Shown: positions 52,526 through 61,356 of the stretch, in pieces
Layout: the number at the start of each line of letters is the position of its first letter
Position numbering within the stretch: position 1 is the stretch's first letter
DNA from: an uncultured Bacilli bacterium
Lineage (GTDB): Bacteria; Bacillota_I; Bacilli_A; RF39; UBA660
Length of the DNA: 64,000 nucleotides
Assembly: GCA_934177995.1 (NCBI GenBank)
Contig: CAKPPW010000002.1
Coordinates: 16,425 to 80,424, forward strand
Direction: 5' to 3'
Program-made: the position numbers and the translations under genes
Notes under the pieces: model-generated
The model's input: the letters and a program-made list of their open reading frames with translations, nothing else
Databases searched by the model: none
Told to the model about the DNA's origin: nothing

Positions 52526-52865
52526 TACATTAGTAATCAGTAATGAGAATAATATCATTCATATATGCAATCAAGGTTATACAGTTGATTATACAATTTA
52601 TAATTCAAAAGGTCATAATATGGATGGAGGAATTTTGGAAAGTAGCAAGGGTAAATTTGATACTAATGTGGTAACGCAAGAGATAATTAATATAATTAAA
52701 GACACCTTTGCTTTTTCATCACCATATATTTATTTATCGGGTGATAAAGCAGAAAATTTGTTGGAACTTATTGAAATGGAAGACTATAAAAACTTGCAAC
52801 AACAAATTAAAAACAAGGAATTACCAACAAAAGAAAAGAGTAATGAAATTAATATTGAAAAATAG
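52518..52865 (+). CDS. Hypothetical protein
   Basis: Overlaps the upstream stop; no motif recognised. Confidence 0.55.
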   Translation: MNDTLVISNENNIIHICNQGYTVDYTIYNSKGHNMDGGILESSKGKFDTNVVTQEIINIIKDTFAFSSPYIYLSGDKAENLLELIEMEDYKNLQQQIKNKELPTKEKSNEINIEK

Positions 52866-52879
52866 AAAAGGAGAAAACA

Positions 52880-53458
52880 ATGAGAAAATTTTATGATGAT
52901 TTTATTCAGTCTAAGCCTAAAGAAATGGCAAAATTAATTGAAGATATGACATTTAAATATTTAAATCCAGAATCGCAGCAACCTACTAGAGTACCAGCAA
53001 CTCACTATGAAAAAGAACTTGGTCAAGAAATAGAGAGAACTGTATCACAAGCTGTTAGTTTAAGATTTTTAACTATAATGTATGATCAGTTAAATTTGTT
53101 TAAAAAAGAAAATGAAGATTTGTTTTATAAAGCACTTATCTGTATGGATAATAATTTAAATCCAAAAGATTTAAGAATATCTGAACAAATTGCCTTAAAT
53201 CATGCTTATGAATCATTACAAGAAAAACAAGTAGAAGAAAAAAGAAAATTTCATTTTTTTAATCAAGATATTGTAGATGAATATAGAAAAGGTTTAACAG
53301 ATCCTAATCTTCAAGCACATGCCATGGAAGTATCTAATTTCATAGAGAGAGAAGAGGACAGAGAATTAAATAATGTTCAAAATTCAAATAATAATCAGCC
53401 ATCATCTCCTGAAGAAGAATATGAAGAAAATCAAGATGATATAGATTATGACTACTAG
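52880..53458 (+). CDS. Hypothetical protein with acidic tail
   Basis: SD AAAAGGAGAAAA. Confidence 0.6.
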   Translation: MRKFYDDFIQSKPKEMAKLIEDMTFKYLNPESQQPTRVPATHYEKELGQEIERTVSQAVSLRFLTIMYDQLNLFKKENEDLFYKALICMDNNLNPKDLRISEQIALNHAYESLQEKQVEEKRKFHFFNQDIVDEYRKGLTDPNLQAHAMEVSNFIEREEDRELNNVQNSNNNQPSSPEEEYEENQDDIDYDY

Positions 53459-53472
53459 CGAAAGGAGAAACT

Positions 53473-54501
53473 ATGTATAGTAAATTAGAAAACTTTTTAT
53501 TAGATAATAAATTAAATGATGAGTTATTTGATTACCAAGCACATGAGTATAAAGTTCATAAAGAAAAATATGATGATAGATTCGACATTCTTTATGGAAA
53601 ACAAAATAGTAGAGAATTAAGACAACGCCGTTCTACTTATGATTTATTTGGCTATTATGATAAAAAAGACCATTGCATATATGAAGCAAATAGTTTTCTA
53701 CATGATAAGCTTCAAGAAAGTCAAGTAATTAAATTTAATTCTTTTAGTCAACTAGATAAACAAATCTTAGAAGATTTAAAAAAATATCTTTCTGATTATA
53801 TTTTTTCACATGAAAAAGAATTAAAAAAATTAGCTATGGATAAATATGAAGCTAAAGATGATAGTAGACTTTTTGATTACAAAAAAGAGGTTAATAAATA
53901 TTTTATTACGCAAAAGGAATCTGACATTGAAATTTCAATTCCTGCTTATGATTCTGATGTAGCGATGAATATGTATGACGGAAATAAAACAACTTCTTAT
54001 TTAGATAACCCAAAAAATACTATTGAAGAAATGGCAATAAAAATTATTGAAAAAAGAGGTGAAGAATTAGGTTTAGAGTTATTAATTTATTATGATAAAC
54101 TAGAATATTTAAAAGGATTAACTGAAAATAAGAATCATGAACATGATGATATACATGATTGTAAAAAAATATTAGATTCTATTAAATATGTGGATGCCAA
54201 AACAGTTAATATCACAATTCAATATGGAGAAAATAGTTATACATTTAAATATGAATTGCAAGCTTTAATAACATCACTAACAAATGGTAGAATGTCGTCT
54301 TCTAGTTATAACAATAGTTATGGAAAAGTAAATGAATTTTTAAGAGATAATGATAAAACTGGATATAATCAAGATAAATGGAGAAATGAATTTTTATTTA
54401 GTCATATTACATCAATCACTAATGGTAAAACAGAATTATATAACAAAGATATTTTAGATAATAACAAAGAAATAGAAGAAGACTTAGAAATAGAAATATA
54501 A
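53473..54501 (+). CDS. Hypothetical protein, tandem paralog 1
   Basis: SD GAAAGGAGAAA; shares blocks with 54524..55567 (HKE.(Y/F)DDRF, ELGLELLI(Y/F), AKTVNITIQYGE, FKY, NEF.FS.ITSIT.GK.ELY). Confidence 0.65.
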   Translation: MYSKLENFLLDNKLNDELFDYQAHEYKVHKEKYDDRFDILYGKQNSRELRQRRSTYDLFGYYDKKDHCIYEANSFLHDKLQESQVIKFNSFSQLDKQILEDLKKYLSDYIFSHEKELKKLAMDKYEAKDDSRLFDYKKEVNKYFITQKESDIEISIPAYDSDVAMNMYDGNKTTSYLDNPKNTIEEMAIKIIEKRGEELGLELLIYYDKLEYLKGLTENKNHEHDDIHDCKKILDSIKYVDAKTVNITIQYGENSYTFKYELQALITSLTNGRMSSSSYNNSYGKVNEFLRDNDKTGYNQDKWRNEFLFSHITSITNGKTELYNKDILDNNKEIEEDLEIEI

Positions 54502-54523
54502 TGAAAAGGGTGATTATTAAAAT

Positions 54524-55567
54524 ATGAATATTGAGCGATTTCTTTTGAACCCAGATTTTAATGATCTGGTTTTTGATGGTACTTATAATCAGCAAAAGGT
54601 TCATAAAGAACGATTTGATGATAGATTTATTGTTATATATACTAAAAGAAATTATAATTATTTATCTCAAGATAATTATGAAGTGGCTGGATATTTGGAT
54701 ACAAAAGATAAAGTATTATATAATTGTAATTATTATTTAAATGAATTATTATCCAAAGAAAATAGTTTAATTCAAAAAAGCAGTTTTGGAGTTCTAGGTG
54801 AAAAAATTTGGAATGGTATTCAAGATTATATTGAAAAATATTCCTTTGCTAATGAGGATAAATTAAAGGATATTGCTATTGAAAAATATAATCATTTAGA
54901 AGATTATAGAATTGAAATTTACAAACGAGAAGTTAGAAATCAATTTGTAGAAGAAACGAATCCAATAATAAAACTTGAAAAGTCATATTCAAGTTATGAA
55001 TTTACAAATATTCCAGAATATAAAGGTCATTATATAGATATCGAATATTTAAATAATTCGCAAAATACTATTGAAAAGTATGCTAATAAAATTATAGAAA
55101 CAATAGATGATTATAGAAATAATAAAGAAGAATTAGGACTAGAGTTACTGATTTTTCGTGATAAAATCGAGTATTTAAATACTATAAAAGAAAATAAAAA
55201 TAATATTTTTAATGATTTATATATTAAGAAAGATATATATAACTCTATTAAAGATATAGAAGCAAAAACAGTTAATATCACAATCCAATATGGAGAAAAG
55301 AATTTAACATTTAAATATGACTATAATTCCTTAAAAAGAGATTTATTAAATGATAGCAAGGGAAGTAGTAGATATGGTAAAGCCTATGAAGAAGTATCGA
55401 ATTTCATTAAAGAAAATTCAAAAGAAGAAACAAGTAGATGGACAGAAGAATTTAATTTTTCAAATATAACATCAATAACTTATGGAAAAAACGAACTTTA
55501 CCATCATGATTTAGAAAAGATAAAAAATGAAGAGGTAGAAGAAGATTTAGAAGAAATAGAAAAATAG
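54524..55567 (+). CDS. Hypothetical protein, tandem paralog 2
   Basis: SD AAAGGGTGAT; see paralog 1; stretch of about 50 nt nearly identical at the DNA level (AAAACAGTTAATATCACAAT.CAATATGGAGAAAA). Confidence 0.65.
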   Translation: MNIERFLLNPDFNDLVFDGTYNQQKVHKERFDDRFIVIYTKRNYNYLSQDNYEVAGYLDTKDKVLYNCNYYLNELLSKENSLIQKSSFGVLGEKIWNGIQDYIEKYSFANEDKLKDIAIEKYNHLEDYRIEIYKREVRNQFVEETNPIIKLEKSYSSYEFTNIPEYKGHYIDIEYLNNSQNTIEKYANKIIETIDDYRNNKEELGLELLIFRDKIEYLNTIKENKNNIFNDLYIKKDIYNSIKDIEAKTVNITIQYGEKNLTFKYDYNSLKRDLLNDSKGSSRYGKAYEEVSNFIKENSKEETSRWTEEFNFSNITSITYGKNELYHHDLEKIKNEEVEEDLEEIEK

Positions 55568-55585
55568 AAAAGGAGAAATAAAATT

Positions 55586-55954
55586 ATGAATCAAGCAATA
55601 TTTGTAGGAAGAATTGTTGAAGAACCATCAGTTAAAGAAACAGAAAATGGTAAGAATGTATCTAATATAACAATAGCTGTACCACGACCATTTAAGAATG
55701 AAGAAGGTGTTTATGAAACAGATTTTATAGATTGTACTTTATGGGATATGGTTGCAGAACGAACAGCAGAATATTGTAAAAAAGGGGATGTTATAGGTGT
55801 TAAAGGAAGAATACAAAGTAATTCTTATACTAAAGATGGTGAAAGAAAAAAATTCATGAATATAGTTGCTGAAAAGGTTACTTTTCTTTCTTCAAGAAGT
55901 AAAGAACATGAACAATCACATGATGATGTAGAGCCAGAAATGGGTATGGCATAA
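55586..55954 (+). CDS. Single-stranded DNA-binding protein (OB fold) lacking the canonical acidic-tip ending
   Basis: MNQAIFVGRIVEEPSVKETENGKNVSNITIAV...DFIDCTLWDMVAERTAEYCKKGDVIGVKGRIQSNSY; ends ...DDVEPEMGMA rather than D-D-D-(I/L)-P-F. Confidence 0.85.
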   Translation: MNQAIFVGRIVEEPSVKETENGKNVSNITIAVPRPFKNEEGVYETDFIDCTLWDMVAERTAEYCKKGDVIGVKGRIQSNSYTKDGERKKFMNIVAEKVTFLSSRSKEHEQSHDDVEPEMGMA

Positions 55955-55956
55955 CA

Positions 55957-56517
55957 ATGAATACTAGGATCTTTATTGATATGGATGGTACTCTTGCTGA
56001 ATGGAAAAATGTTACTTCTAATTACGAATTATATCAACAAGGCTATTATGAATCATTAAGACCTAATGAGCATATTTTAAATGAAACTAAAAGACTTATT
56101 AAGGAAGGAGAGAATGTTTTTATTCTTTCCTCTTTTTTAAGTGATAGTGCTTTTGCTTTAGAAGAAAAGAATTCTTGGCTTGATAAGTATCTTCATGAAT
56201 TGAAAAAAGAAAATAGAATTTTTGTTCCTTATGGTGAATGTAAATATAAATATATTCCCAACAAAATTACATCTTATGATTATTTAATTGATGATCATAC
56301 AAAGAATTTGTTAGATTGGAAAGATGCTGGAGGAACGGGAATTAAGTTTTTAAATGGGATAAATCATTTAAAAGGAATATGGCAAGGGCTGTTATTAAGA
56401 GAAGATTGTGATATTTCCAAAAATCTTAATTGGATTCTTGAAAATAAATATAAAGAAGAAAATGATATTTCTTATTTAAAAGATCCGTTTGATGAAGAAT
56501 TAGAACAAGAAATATGA
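55957..56517 (+). CDS. HAD-superfamily 5'(3')-deoxyribonucleotidase-like (NT5C family) protein
   Basis: N-terminal IFIDMDGTLAEW (DxDxT motif I), LIDDHTKNL motif; size fits NT5C. Confidence 0.6.
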   Translation: MNTRIFIDMDGTLAEWKNVTSNYELYQQGYYESLRPNEHILNETKRLIKEGENVFILSSFLSDSAFALEEKNSWLDKYLHELKKENRIFVPYGECKYKYIPNKITSYDYLIDDHTKNLLDWKDAGGTGIKFLNGINHLKGIWQGLLLREDCDISKNLNWILENKYKEENDISYLKDPFDEELEQEI

Positions 56518-56532
56518 AAGGGGAAAAATATT

Positions 56533-56748
56533 TTGAATAAAGCATTAGAGAAAAAAATCGAAAAGATTGAAGGATTAAAAAGTAAAGAATTAGATAAAAT
56601 AAAAGCTATTAATAATGTTGTAGCTGACTATGATAAGCAATTAAAAGTTTTATATGATTATAAGAAACAACAAGAAAAAATTTATCAAATGCAGCAAGAT
56701 TTAGATGTAAAAATTAACAGTAATAAGGGAAAGACAAGTAATGATTAA
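56533..56748 (+). CDS. Hypothetical coiled-coil 71-aa protein
   Basis: TTG start after AAAGGGGAAAAA. Confidence 0.45.
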   Translation: MNKALEKKIEKIEGLKSKELDKIKAINNVVADYDKQLKVLYDYKKQQEKIYQMQQDLDVKINSNKGKTSND

Positions 56749-57691
56749 ACTTCCAAAAACTAGGCAAGAATTAGTCGATATGTATATAGAATGTTTAGAA
56801 GAAGGAAAGATTCCTTGGGAAAAAATGTGGAAGACATCTATTCCTGAAAATGGTATAACTGGTATAAAATATAGAGGGGTAAACAATTTATATTTATCAT
56901 ACATTACAGAAAAAAGAGGTTATAATGATAATAGATGGATTACATATAATCAAATGATAAAGAATAAGTGGAAATTTATCAAAGAAGCCAAAGGTCAAGG
57001 AGTTACTGTAGAGTATTGGGGAATGAAAAATAAATTAAATCATAAAATTTATAATTTTGAAGAATATAGAAAAATTATAGAAAAAGATCCAGATAAAGAA
57101 TCAGAATTCAAAATCCATAAAATGAGTTATACAGTATTTAATGGGGACTTAATAGATGGATTAGTGAATTCTAAAAAAGAGCAAGAAGTAGAAATTATTA
57201 GCAATGATTATGTGAAAAATATTATAGATAATTTAGGAGTAAAATATATTGAAAAAGGTGATGAAGCATACTATATTCCCAAATTAGATCAAGTAGTATT
57301 ACCACCTGCAAAAAGTTTTGAAACTAATTATTCTTATTATGCTACTCAGTTACATGAATTATCACATTCAACTGGACACGAATCAAGACTATGTAGAAAT
57401 TTAAATGATAATTTTGGTTCAGAGGAGTATGCAAAAGAAGAATTGAGAGCAGAGATTAGTTCATCATTTCTTATGCAAAGATTCCATTTAGAAGCTGATG
57501 AAAGACATTTAAATAATCATAAAAGTTATGTAAAAAATTGGTTAGAGATTTTAAAAAATAATCCACAAGAGTTATTTAATGCAATAACTGAATCAAATCA
57601 AATAGTTGATTATTTAGAGGCAAATAGTATTGAAAAAACAAAGACTCAATCTTGTGATATAGAGTTAGAATTGGAGATGGAATATGAATAG
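56741..57691 (+). CDS. ArdC-like antirestriction protein (ssDNA-binding N-domain + zincin metalloprotease)
   Basis: IPWEKMW...YRGVNNLYL...RWITYNQM (ArdC-N/DUF1738-like); HELSH in YATQLHELSHSTGH (HExxH). Confidence 0.8.
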   Translation: MIKLPKTRQELVDMYIECLEEGKIPWEKMWKTSIPENGITGIKYRGVNNLYLSYITEKRGYNDNRWITYNQMIKNKWKFIKEAKGQGVTVEYWGMKNKLNHKIYNFEEYRKIIEKDPDKESEFKIHKMSYTVFNGDLIDGLVNSKKEQEVEIISNDYVKNIIDNLGVKYIEKGDEAYYIPKLDQVVLPPAKSFETNYSYYATQLHELSHSTGHESRLCRNLNDNFGSEEYAKEELRAEISSSFLMQRFHLEADERHLNNHKSYVKNWLEILKNNPQELFNAITESNQIVDYLEANSIEKTKTQSCDIELELEMEYE

Positions 57692-58943
57692 TATTCATAG
57701 TAGACATTTTATATATACTCATTGGTTAAGAATGAATATTGCAAATGAATTATCACAATGGCAAGCATTAAAAGAATATAAAGAAAAGTATGATTGCTCT
57801 ATGACAGTTTTTTATTATGATTTTAATCCTTTTGGAGATAAGGTAATTAAATTAGATTGTAATCAATCACTATTCGATCTTAATCTTGATATTAATTCCC
57901 AATCTAAATTGAGTTTTAAAAGAATAAAGTCAAAACCTACAAATATTAGTCCATATAATCAAGGAATAAATTATTTTTTAGAAACTAATTTGGGAATTAA
58001 ATTAAAAGAAGAAAATAATAATATTCAAAAAATAAATAAAAAGGATTTTATTATCGTAGATGTTTTATCTGAATTTTGGACATTAAAAAATATTAAAGAG
58101 TTTGATTTAATTATGAAAAAAGAAGAGTGGAATGTTGTAAAGATAAAAAGTGATAGAGGCTACCATTATCAATTATATTTTGGAGAAGGAAAACAAGTCG
58201 ATAATAGATATGAATTTGCTTTTGGAGATTTTCAATATAAAAGTAAAATGAAGGATAGATTACAACGATTTATTAATAATAAGTTGAAGCAAAATGATAT
58301 TAATGCAGAAAAACTTATAGGGTTAAAAATTAATTCATTTGAATCTATTTATCAATTTTCTAATGAAAAAGATATTGCTATAGATATTAAATGTATTGGG
58401 TTAATTTTGGGAATTAACAAAGATTGTTTTGATATTTATGACTTTCAAAGACCACTAGGACAACAATTTTACTCTATAAAGGTAGAAGATTTAAAAAAAT
58501 TAATAATTAGTGGAATATATAAACCTAATTATAATCAATTAACTGCGTATGAAAAATTAGAATTAAAGAGATATTTGAATAAAAAAATAGATAAGTTTAA
58601 TCAATTATGTAAAGATGGAAACTTTAGAAATATAGATATGAATATTCCTCATATACAAGGAATTACTATTAGGAATACTATAATAGAAATTTTTGTGGAA
58701 AAGTATTCTTGCAATTTAGATGACTATATTTCATGCAGTATTAAGAAAATTGATGATAAAGAATTAATAAAGAAATTAAGTGCATTAGATTTAGATAATA
58801 AGGATAATGTATTAGATTATATATCAAGAATTGAGAATGAAATTGATTATGAATCAGCAAATAAAAAACTAGATTTAGAGGAAGAAAAAACTATAAATAG
58901 TTTAAATAAAGATGATTATGAATTGGAGATGGAATATGACTAA
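57684..58943 (+). CDS. Hypothetical 419-aa protein
   Basis: Start embedded in the conserved junction GAATTGGAGATGGAATATGA; no motif recognised. Confidence 0.6.
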   Translation: MNSIHSRHFIYTHWLRMNIANELSQWQALKEYKEKYDCSMTVFYYDFNPFGDKVIKLDCNQSLFDLNLDINSQSKLSFKRIKSKPTNISPYNQGINYFLETNLGIKLKEENNNIQKINKKDFIIVDVLSEFWTLKNIKEFDLIMKKEEWNVVKIKSDRGYHYQLYFGEGKQVDNRYEFAFGDFQYKSKMKDRLQRFINNKLKQNDINAEKLIGLKINSFESIYQFSNEKDIAIDIKCIGLILGINKDCFDIYDFQRPLGQQFYSIKVEDLKKLIISGIYKPNYNQLTAYEKLELKRYLNKKIDKFNQLCKDGNFRNIDMNIPHIQGITIRNTIIEIFVEKYSCNLDDYISCSIKKIDDKELIKKLSALDLDNKDNVLDYISRIENEIDYESANKKLDLEEEKTINSLNKDDYELEMEYD

Positions 58944-59529
58944 AAAGGCAGACTTTTACGATAGTTATGAAGAAGTTTTTGTTTCTCCTAAAGATATAAA
59001 GGAAGGAGAGTCCTACACAGTAGCAAGAGTATTAGAAGGAAAATATTGTGTAGACTTACATTATTGCAGTACATATAAACCTTCAGCAACTATTGAATAT
59101 GGCATTAAAGATGACTCAGGAAATTGGCAAATAGAGGTAGAAGAAATAGATTGGTTCAATAAAAAATTAACTAATGATTATATTTTAGTAAGACTTAATA
59201 ACCTTTATAATGATAAATTTTTAAATATAAAATTAACAGAAAAACAAAACAATGAATTGAATTTATTAGAAAAAATATTATATACTCACAAAGTTTATGA
59301 TATAGAAGTAACTATAGATCATAATAATTCTTTAATAGCTTTTGATGATGAAAATTATTGGAAGAATAAAGAATTTTATGATTTTCTTTTTGATGAATTA
59401 TTTGTATATAATAATGAAGGTAATGTGGATTTAATAATAGATGATGATTTTGAAAAACTAAAAAAATATAAAGAAAATTATTTGGTAGATGTAATAAAAG
59501 ATAATGAACAAGAAATGGAGATTGATTAA
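58936..59529 (+). CDS. Hypothetical protein
   Basis: ORF track 58912..; ATG 58936 sits in the same 20-nt junction (SD GGAG + ATG) as 57684. Confidence 0.6.
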   Translation: MTKKADFYDSYEEVFVSPKDIKEGESYTVARVLEGKYCVDLHYCSTYKPSATIEYGIKDDSGNWQIEVEEIDWFNKKLTNDYILVRLNNLYNDKFLNIKLTEKQNNELNLLEKILYTHKVYDIEVTIDHNNSLIAFDDENYWKNKEFYDFLFDELFVYNNEGNVDLIIDDDFEKLKKYKENYLVDVIKDNEQEMEID

Positions 59530-59531
59530 TT

Positions 59532-59861
59532 ATGAATACTCTATATGCTTATAAAACTATGCCAGAATATCATAAAAATAATTTGAAATCTTATTATATT
59601 TTTGAAGGAATATATGATTGTTTCCCTGATATTGATGAAGAAGATGCAAAATTTATTTATAAAATTACATCAAAAGTTGAGAATGAAAATATAAATCCTT
59701 ATTCAATTTCTCATTATCTAACTGATCATTATATAAGAGGAAATTTAACAAAAAATGATTTAGAAAAAGTTACTTCAGGTGAAATTTCTGAAGCAGTTTT
59801 TTATAATAGTTTGGATTATTTTTCATCATTAGAAATAGATGAAAATGAAAAATATTATTAA
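59532..59861 (+). CDS. Hypothetical protein
   Basis: Abuts the upstream stop. Confidence 0.55.
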   Translation: MNTLYAYKTMPEYHKNNLKSYYIFEGIYDCFPDIDEEDAKFIYKITSKVENENINPYSISHYLTDHYIRGNLTKNDLEKVTSGEISEAVFYNSLDYFSSLEIDENEKYY

Positions 59862-59894
59862 TAATTTTTGAAAAAAATTCTACTAACTGTCAGC

Positions 59895-59981
59895 GACTAC
59901 TTAGTGGGTTTTAGGGACATCCCTAACAAGCTGAGGGGTGTGTCAACACCATGCTTGATATATTATACAAGACTACTTAGT
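59895..59981. promoter_or_regulatory. Candidate oriT
   Basis: Locally GC-richer 156-bp gap upstream of the relaxase operon; direct repeat GACTACTTAGT (59895-59905, 59971-59981); hairpins TTAGGG-ACAT-CCCTAA (59911-59926) and GGTGT-GTCA-ACACC (59937-59950). Confidence 0.45.
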
Positions 59982-60017
59982 TACCTCACTTCTGAATAAA
60001 AAGGAAAGGAGTTAAAA

Positions 60018-60578
60018 ATGGAATTTAAATCAATGGAGAAGTGGCGTGTTCAACAGAAATTTAATTTGACTGATGAGCAGTTTGATAATGTAGTTAAGAA
60101 GATAAAAAGAAGGCATCCGTTAGAGAGTTGGGTTCATAAAAGAATTGCTTCTAATGGTGAAAGAGTTGTATATATAAAATTAGAATGTGTTGAGTGGTTA
60201 AGTGATGTATACTTTAACAAAAAATATTATTTAGATGCTGACATTGAATTTTTTCAAAAGCAAGTTCAAAGATTAGAAGAAGAATTAAATATTCCTCATA
60301 AGGAATTTGAATATAAGGATATATCATTGTATGATTTAAGAGATTATTTTAATAGAAGTAAAGCAGCAATAGGTATGGCAGTTCAAAGAATGGAAAAAAG
60401 AAATTCAACATCTTATAAATATGATAAAGATGGAAAGGTTATGATTTCAAAACAAGGTGTTAAGTGGCTAACTGAAAATTATTTTCGTAAGGCATATTTA
60501 AAAGAACTAGAATTATATAAGTTAAGTCTTCAGAAAGAGAAAAAAAAATTATATGAGCAATCAAGACGAAAGATATAG
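60018..60578 (+). CDS. Hypothetical DNA-binding-like protein with internal duplication (relaxosome accessory candidate)
   Basis: SD AAAGGAAAGGAG; two similar segments (GERVVYIKLECVEWLSDVYFNKKYYL / GKVMISKQGVKWLTENYFRKAYL); first gene after the putative oriT. Confidence 0.45.
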   Translation: MEFKSMEKWRVQQKFNLTDEQFDNVVKKIKRRHPLESWVHKRIASNGERVVYIKLECVEWLSDVYFNKKYYLDADIEFFQKQVQRLEEELNIPHKEFEYKDISLYDLRDYFNRSKAAIGMAVQRMEKRNSTSYKYDKDGKVMISKQGVKWLTENYFRKAYLKELELYKLSLQKEKKKLYEQSRRKI

Positions 60579-61356
60579 TAAATTAAGAAGACAAAAAATC
60601 AATGTTATGCTTAACGAAGAAGAAAGAAGAATCATAACTGAAAAAGCTATTAAGTATGGATTTGGTGATTGTTTAGCTGAATATATTAGAGCGGCATGTA
60701 TTTATGAGAATATTTATATTGAGGATATAGAAGGCAAAAATGAGATATGTAATTACATTAGTGATTTTATTCAAACCTTGAGAGAAATATTATATGAACA
60801 AAAAGCTGTTCTAAAAAATGTTTTGATTTCACCTCAAGCAGTAGAAAATATTAGTAATCAAAATAATCAGATTATAGAAATGATTGATATATTATCTAGT
60901 TTAATTGTAGCAATCTTATCTGTTAATACTGAAAAGAAAATTCAACAAAGAATGAGTTTAATTGAAAAGTATTCTCCAGATGAAAACTTTTTAAGAAGAG
61001 TAATTAAGAAGAATGAAAGTATTTATTTGGTAAGACCTTCAAATTTACAAGTTCCAAATACAAAAAGCAAATATATAGTTTATTTAAAAAATAATTATGT
61101 TGATTTTGATTTAGATAATTTAAATATGAATATATTTGAACAACAAGTAAATGCTTTTCGTGATGTAGCAATGAAAAAGAAAGCAATGCTATCTTTTTAT
61201 AGAGAGAATAATAAATTAGAATGTTCAATAGTAATTGGATATGACGATTCGGAATCTGCTAGAAGATGTGCAAGTGAAATAAAATCAAATGTATATTATT
61301 ATAATGATAATGAAGAATATGAATGGACAGGTGATACTTATTCCAGCGACAGCTAG
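60553..61356 (+). CDS. MobC-like relaxosome accessory protein (RHH N-terminus) with long C-terminal extension
   Basis: RRQKINVMLNEEERRIITEKAIKYGFGDCLAEYIRAACI matches the MobC/RHH N-terminal pattern; immediately upstream of the relaxase. Confidence 0.6.
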   Translation: MSNQDERYSKLRRQKINVMLNEEERRIITEKAIKYGFGDCLAEYIRAACIYENIYIEDIEGKNEICNYISDFIQTLREILYEQKAVLKNVLISPQAVENISNQNNQIIEMIDILSSLIVAILSVNTEKKIQQRMSLIEKYSPDENFLRRVIKKNESIYLVRPSNLQVPNTKSKYIVYLKNNYVDFDLDNLNMNIFEQQVNAFRDVAMKKKAMLSFYRENNKLECSIVIGYDDSESARRCASEIKSNVYYYNDNEEYEWTGDTYSSDS

